Origin: Lama glama
Taxonomy: Eukaryota
Direction: 5' to 3'
DNA: 64,000 nt
Assembly: GCA_028534125.1 (NCBI GenBank)
Contig: CM052816.1
Span: 34,846,001-34,910,000, forward strand
Positions 58,541-64,000 of the stretch are shown piece by piece. How positions within the stretch are numbered: the stretch's first letter is position 1; every line of letters starts with the position of its first letter. Both the position numbers and the translations under genes were made by a program. The notes below the pieces were generated by a model. The model was not told the origin of the DNA. It made no database searches and saw nothing but the letters and a program-made list of their open reading frames with translations.

Positions 58541-61501
58541 CCCCCTTTCTATGGTCATAAAACCTACAAATCTCTTCTCAAACTATGACTTGACTTTCAC
58601 CATGGTGTACTTTTTGAAAATCTGTGATTTGAATAAGCTCATGGCAGTTTGGTGATAGAAAATAATTCCTTCCTATTGTCAGTTACTCAGTATTTCTGTC
58701 CAATTTGTATCTAAACTCTGGCATATACTTGAATTAATAAGCTACACTCTGTTTCTCCACACAGTTTCAGTTCTTTTGTTCATATGTCTTTCCGTATCTG
58801 TAAGAAACCACAGTCTGACAAGGAGTCCAACATATATGGTCTCTCAGAGCCCTTTAAAAATCAAAACATTTCTGTGGTTGAGAAAATAGATCAGAAAATC
58901 ACTTTAACAATTTCTGTGTCCTAACTTCTGATTATATTTTAATTAACTCATTCCCTACAACCTTTAAGTTTTTCCGTAAACCTCTCAACTCCATACTTAC
59001 AAAGGGATCGGCTCCATCTGCCTATGTATGCTAAATAGAAACATATAAACTATTTTCCTAAAGTCCTGGGCCTTAGCCCATCCACTGTTGAATATTGTCA
59101 TTCAAGATTTCATGAGCTCAGGCTTACACTAATGCAATGGTGTCATACCAAGTTTCCCATCCTGGGTCCCTTCCATTTCTTCTCATTTATTTATAAATGA
59201 GACTTGAATCCTTTGAGTCCAACAAAGGAGATTCTAAAGAGCTTTAAAAGTGGAACTGATATCATCAAGGTAGTTTCCTCTTTTTTCCTCGTGTATTTGC
59301 TATTGTAAGAATAGCATACTGAGATCATCTTTAGAGTTTCAAATGTAAATTTATCATTTTGTATTTAATAAAGTTATAGCCATGATGATGTCAAGGTCGG
59401 AATAAATGTATTAAAGTCCAGTTTAGAAAACCTACTTGCTCTGCCCACATCAGATATTATGTGTCGTTTTCTATCTTTCTAGTTCTGATATTTACAATGA
59501 TTTCATAGTTAAGTACTAATACAGGAAGGTAGTTATTTAGTGGTGTTTCAAATCCTTAGAAATAGGTTCAACTGAGTGTCCCATATTTCTCTAACAAATG
59601 GCACATGCATCATTAAATCTCGTATATAGCATTCTGCCTCCTCTGAAACAACAAATGTGAAACTTTACTTTCTCAAAACAAGTTTCAAGTGGATTACCTA
59701 CCTACATTTCAACACTGATTACATGTAACAGTTCACAGATTTTATTTTTTGGCTCCTTGGCCTAATCAAATCATCTACTTTTAGTCCCTACAGATAGTTT
59801 GACCCAGAGAAAATCAGAAATCAGAGAATGTGAGTGTTGGACGCAAATTTAGAGATAATATGAGATACTTCATGATCTGAATTATTTTGAGAATCTGTGG
59901 AAACATTTGAGCAAACTCTCTGAGAACACTCACATTAAAAAATATATATGCAGAACACCTTGGATCCCAGAAAAAGAATTTGGGTTTCTTGGCCTTGGAG
60001 GTTCGTTGAAATAAAGTGACTTGCTAAAGACCATGAAACAGGTTGCTGGAGTTAGGATTCGAGCCTGAAATACAAGGGAGTCCTGGCTACCTCAGAGTTC
60101 ATTATCTGAGGCCTTGCTTCTGCACAGTTGGCATGGAGGGCTTAAAAGAAGAATATTATCTAATGGACCCAAAAGTCATTAGGTTATTCCTCATTCATAT
60201 ATTCTGCTCCATTTAGTGTCGACTCTCACCAGTCACATCAATGTCTTTGCTGTGCGGACTCCAGGATTATTGGCTGTTTAGAATATCGACTGTTAATACA
60301 ATGCACATTGATTGTGAAGTGAAAATGCAAATCTTGTGAAAGATGTAGGATTTCATGAGTTGATGGAAGTTGTGTCAGAGAACGGCTCAAGTCACACATG
60401 CTAAGACTTTGATAAATAAAGCTTTGGTGCAGTGAGACTGACTGACAGCTGAGAGGAGTAAAGGACATGGACGCTGACTAGCTAAGCACCCAAAAGAGAA
60501 TATTTGGGCATGAAGGGGTTTAAGGAATCCCCTGGGGATGCCAAGGAAGGCCTCACACATTTTTTGTTAAATGATCCTCCTTATGGTCATGTTGTGAAAA
60601 TCAAGCATCAAATGGAATATGGTGTATGCTAAAGTACAATTTTGTTGGAAAGTTACACCAAAATCTACAGTCTTTAATTTCTTTGAATTCTATGGAAACT
60701 TTTTTGTTTTCATCATTTACTATGAAATGTTGGTCCTTATTTTAAGTGAGTTCACTTTAAATTGCTATTTTTTTCTCTTATCCATTATCCTTAGATAATG
60801 AACATGTCCTGTATTTCTTTCGAACTTCAAGAAGCAGAAACTTCTTTTATGTGTTGATCTTTACATCTTTCTAATTCCAAATCACAAAGTTTCTTGTGGA
60901 TGGTCATTTAGCAACTCTCCCTCCAGGATTGTTTGGTCAGGTTCATAGTTACAGAGTGCCAATGATGACCTCTGGGGAATAAAATTCTTGTGCTACAAAT
61001 TGAGTAAATTTTGATTAACTGGGAAGAACTTTTCTGAAACTCCATGTGCAGTGTAACTCAATATTGTTTTGAAAAATGAGAATGTCATTGAAACCAAAGG
61101 GCATGGACATGAAACAGATGAATTCTGGGTTATTTATTGAATGCCTCTCATAGATAGAATTTTATAAAGTCCTATGTGGTTTGAATAATTTGTAACTATG
61201 CAAGCTTCTGTTCCCAGACATTTTAATCATTAATGATTCTGCAGCGTAAAACACCCTCCACGACATTTATACTCTAAATCCAAGAGTGAATTATAAAATT
61301 AACCTTTATAATTACATTGTTCAGGTTATCCAGCAGGGTGGAATTACTGATAATTTGAAGAGCTGATCAGTTTTTTATTGGGACTTAAGAATGGCAAATA
61401 AATTTAGGCAGCTCTCCTCCTTATTTAGCTGTTCAACTTCTGCATAGTTTTTGCCCCAATGTGTTTAAGACTGAATACCCATAGTAACATAGGGCTGTTG
61501 T

Positions 61502-61622
61502 TAGGGTGACCATATAATTTATCCAAGCTGGGGCACTTCTGAGATGGGCACTTTTACTAAGTACACTGGGACAATAGCTGTGTCCACAGATTAGCTCAGT
61601 TCACTAGGATATGGGCCACCAT
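61502..61622. mobile_element. MER94-like hAT-Blackjack MITE
   Basis: tagggtgaccatataatttatccaagctggggcacttctgaga...ctgggacaa...atatgggccacc, with TIR-like ends. Confidence 0.65.
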
Positions 61623-61966
61623 GCCGGCTGATGGCCTCTGAGTTATTGTTGCTCGGGAGTGAGGGACCCCTGCTCTCATTATTCACAAAGCCCCCAGTGT
61701 GCATTCAGCCCCCTCCCCTCCACCTGAGACCCAGGTCCTGACTCATGAGTACAGGCTGCCCTGGAGGCAGGGTCCCTGGGAGCCCCGTGCAACCAGGGAG
61801 CAAACTCTGCTGTGGGAGGGTCAGATGGGGACCTGGCTCTCCAGACGCTCACCTCTGCTTCCTCCCTGTCCTTGTTGACTGAATTCTCTGTAAGAAGTCA
61901 AGGCTGAATGACATCCCAAGAGTGAAAATGGGATAAATCCCATCTAAGCAGGGAATACCAAGCTCC

Positions 61967-61990
61967 GTGTGTGTGTGTGTGTGTGTGTGT
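61967..61990. repeat. (GT)12 microsatellite
   Basis: Read directly from the sequence. Confidence 0.95.
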
Positions 61991-62299
61991 AAGAAAGACA
62001 GGTGGGCAGATGGAAATGTTAAATGGGGAACTAAAATGGAATCTTGTTACGAGTTCTGCCCTTTCACTGACCGCTGGTGTGATCTTAGACCTCTTTAAGC
62101 CCCCGTTTCTCCATATGTAAAATGGAAATGATACTAATTTCTATCCACTGTGACTGTTATCAGGCCTAGAAGCCTGCTTACTGTCCCCACATCTGGTCTC
62201 TCTTTCTTCCCCTCAGTAATACAACTCACCACGTGTTAATTGGGCACATGTTCTCCAAACTAGCCAGTTCGTCTGCCAGCTTCTCCTGCAGCTCTGGCA

Positions 62300-62545
62300 A
62301 AGGTGAAGTGTGCAACTTCCCCATCGTGTCTTCCCGAGGAAGCTGCGGCCACCCCCTCCCTCTTCCCCTTTCTTCTGGCTAGTTCATGGCAACCCCCGGG
62401 AGAGCCAGCCTGGACCCACAGAGGGAAGCTACACCTTCCAGCTGGTGGAGACACTGACTTCTATACTAACATGGGGGGAAAATCAGTTTATCTTATTGAA
62501 GCCACTGTACTGGGGGGCCTTGTAATCACAGCAATAGACATACAT
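62300..62545 (+). mobile_element. MLT1 LTR 3' part
   Basis: ttgaagccactgtactggggggccttgtaatcacagcaatagacataca resembles the MLT1 terminus. Confidence 0.5.
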
Positions 62546-64000
62546 GCAGCAGCAGTGGATTCCAGAGCTCAACAGGCTTGGAGTCAGAAGGTGTGTGTTG
62601 CCGTCCTGCTCTGCTGTGTGCATGTCCATGGGCATCCCCAAACTTTACTTTTCTAAGCTTGGACTCTTTGTTCTGGGAGAGCAGATCCCACCATTCCCTG
62701 TGGTAAACTTCCACTGTTTCACAACCACACCAAGTTGCTCTGAGCCTGCTATAACTTGGGCAAACAAGTTATGACAAAGCTGTCCATTGTCTTGAAGAAC
62801 TAACCAAGTTGTTGATAGAAATTACAGAACTTAGCATTCATAAGCCATTGCTGACAGCTAAATGTTTTTCGTAAGAGTAAGATAAAATGTCAATTCATGG
62901 AAGAAACTAAAAATACTTTTAAAGTGTGTATTGTACACAAGGTTTTTGTTTTTTGGTTTTCCCTGTTCTGAGTTACCAGGCTATGGGTGTTGAAAACTCT
63001 TCAGAAGATTTGGTCTGTCATGTTTAGGTGATGGGTGGCCAAAGAAATTCTAGGTTTTTAAAAAAATACAAGACATTCACTCCACTGTGTCTTGTTTAAG
63101 TGTGAATTGTAGAATGTTGGATCCAAAAATAATATGAGTGGCACTATCAAGGCCAGTTGGCATCTCCCATGGAGGACAGGTCACCTGTGAAATGGTATCC
63201 ACAAACCATCCCTCTCCTGGCTCTCAGGCTGCCACCTTGATCACTTTTTCTGATTCTCATGAACACAGGGTCTTCTCTATCAAATACAATCTTAAAAATG
63301 GACAAGGTAGTTCAAGGAATTGGAATTTCCACAGGAAAAAGCAGTAAACTATTTTTCATTTGCAACATTGACATATCCAAAGAAGAGAATGTTACTGATA
63401 AAATTAAATGAGGAAGCAAAAGGAGAGGATGAAATGACTTCTAACTGGTTGACCTGGGAAATTGCTTTCCACTGACACTAGCTCAGTAAACATTGATCTC
63501 ACGTCCCCTGATTTCACAACATAGAGCCTCTTGGACACTCCTATGAGCACCTGGATATTCTGTGCAGTGAACAGCCCTCCTGCACTTTGCACACGACCCA
63601 CGCTTCCCTACCACCTTCCCAGCTTCCTGCAGGGTGGTATTCCATGGTCTGTGACTCAGTTTGTTGAGGCCAATGATCTCAACCACGACCTCTCTGCAAG
63701 GTGCACTGCCCACAGGCCACAGACTCTCTTTGGTGCTCATCACTCTAGGGGTACCCTGGTCAGATTTCACTCCCCAGAGGGGAAGGGATCTAGTGTTTGG
63801 TCAGCTGGACCAGGAACATGCAAAATCCGTGCAAAGGGAATAAGAAACACCTGTAAGTTGGCCACTGATCTCTCAGCTTTCAAACAAATGATTTTTCTGA
63901 TTTATTTATTCAACAAAAGTTCTAGGCATTGCGGAAACATCCTTGAGTCAATCAGACAATTTAATTCTCTCATTCTGGAAAGGGCAGTTAGAGAATAAAT

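Noticed and set aside
63531..63998. 155-aa ORF (non-ATG start) and similar 100-140 aa ORFs at 53303, 57516, 58229 and 62303
   Set aside because: No recognisable domain or coherent exon structure. Most overlap repeats and are of chance length for GC-richer DNA.

Overview
Mammalian genomic DNA, most likely a camelid (alpaca/camel lineage), judged from a tRNA-Ala-derived Vic-1-type SINE at ~17.8 kb. Bases 1-~38.9 kb hold the complete coding region of PJA2 (praja-2 RING-H2 E3 ubiquitin ligase) on the + strand. It has nine coding exons (71-101, 1604-1804, 3249-4302, 12875-13060, 21915-22100, 26130-26241, 32820-32934, 33316-33437, 35699-35824), all with GT-AG boundaries and compatible phases. They give 2133 nt / 710 aa, followed by a 3' UTR of roughly 2.5-3 kb. 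The promoter and first exon lie upstream of the window. The rest is intergenic and repeat-rich: a young L1 spanning a 500-N gap, a ~6.1 kb L1 with TSD and an internal deletion, a young ERV1-type solo LTR, and CR1/L2/MIR/MER/MLT relics. I found no convincing new multi-gene system. The best leads are small-scale: an AmnSINE1-like ancient element in intron 4, a 30-bp inverted repeat just upstream of the large exon, a coding-like antisense frame in intron 5, an altered PKA-site context, a strongly GC/CpG-shifted last exon, and a micro-inverted SINE B box. Repeat family names and human comparisons come from recall of consensus/orthologue sequences and were not computed. Exon numbering follows the human gene as recalled.
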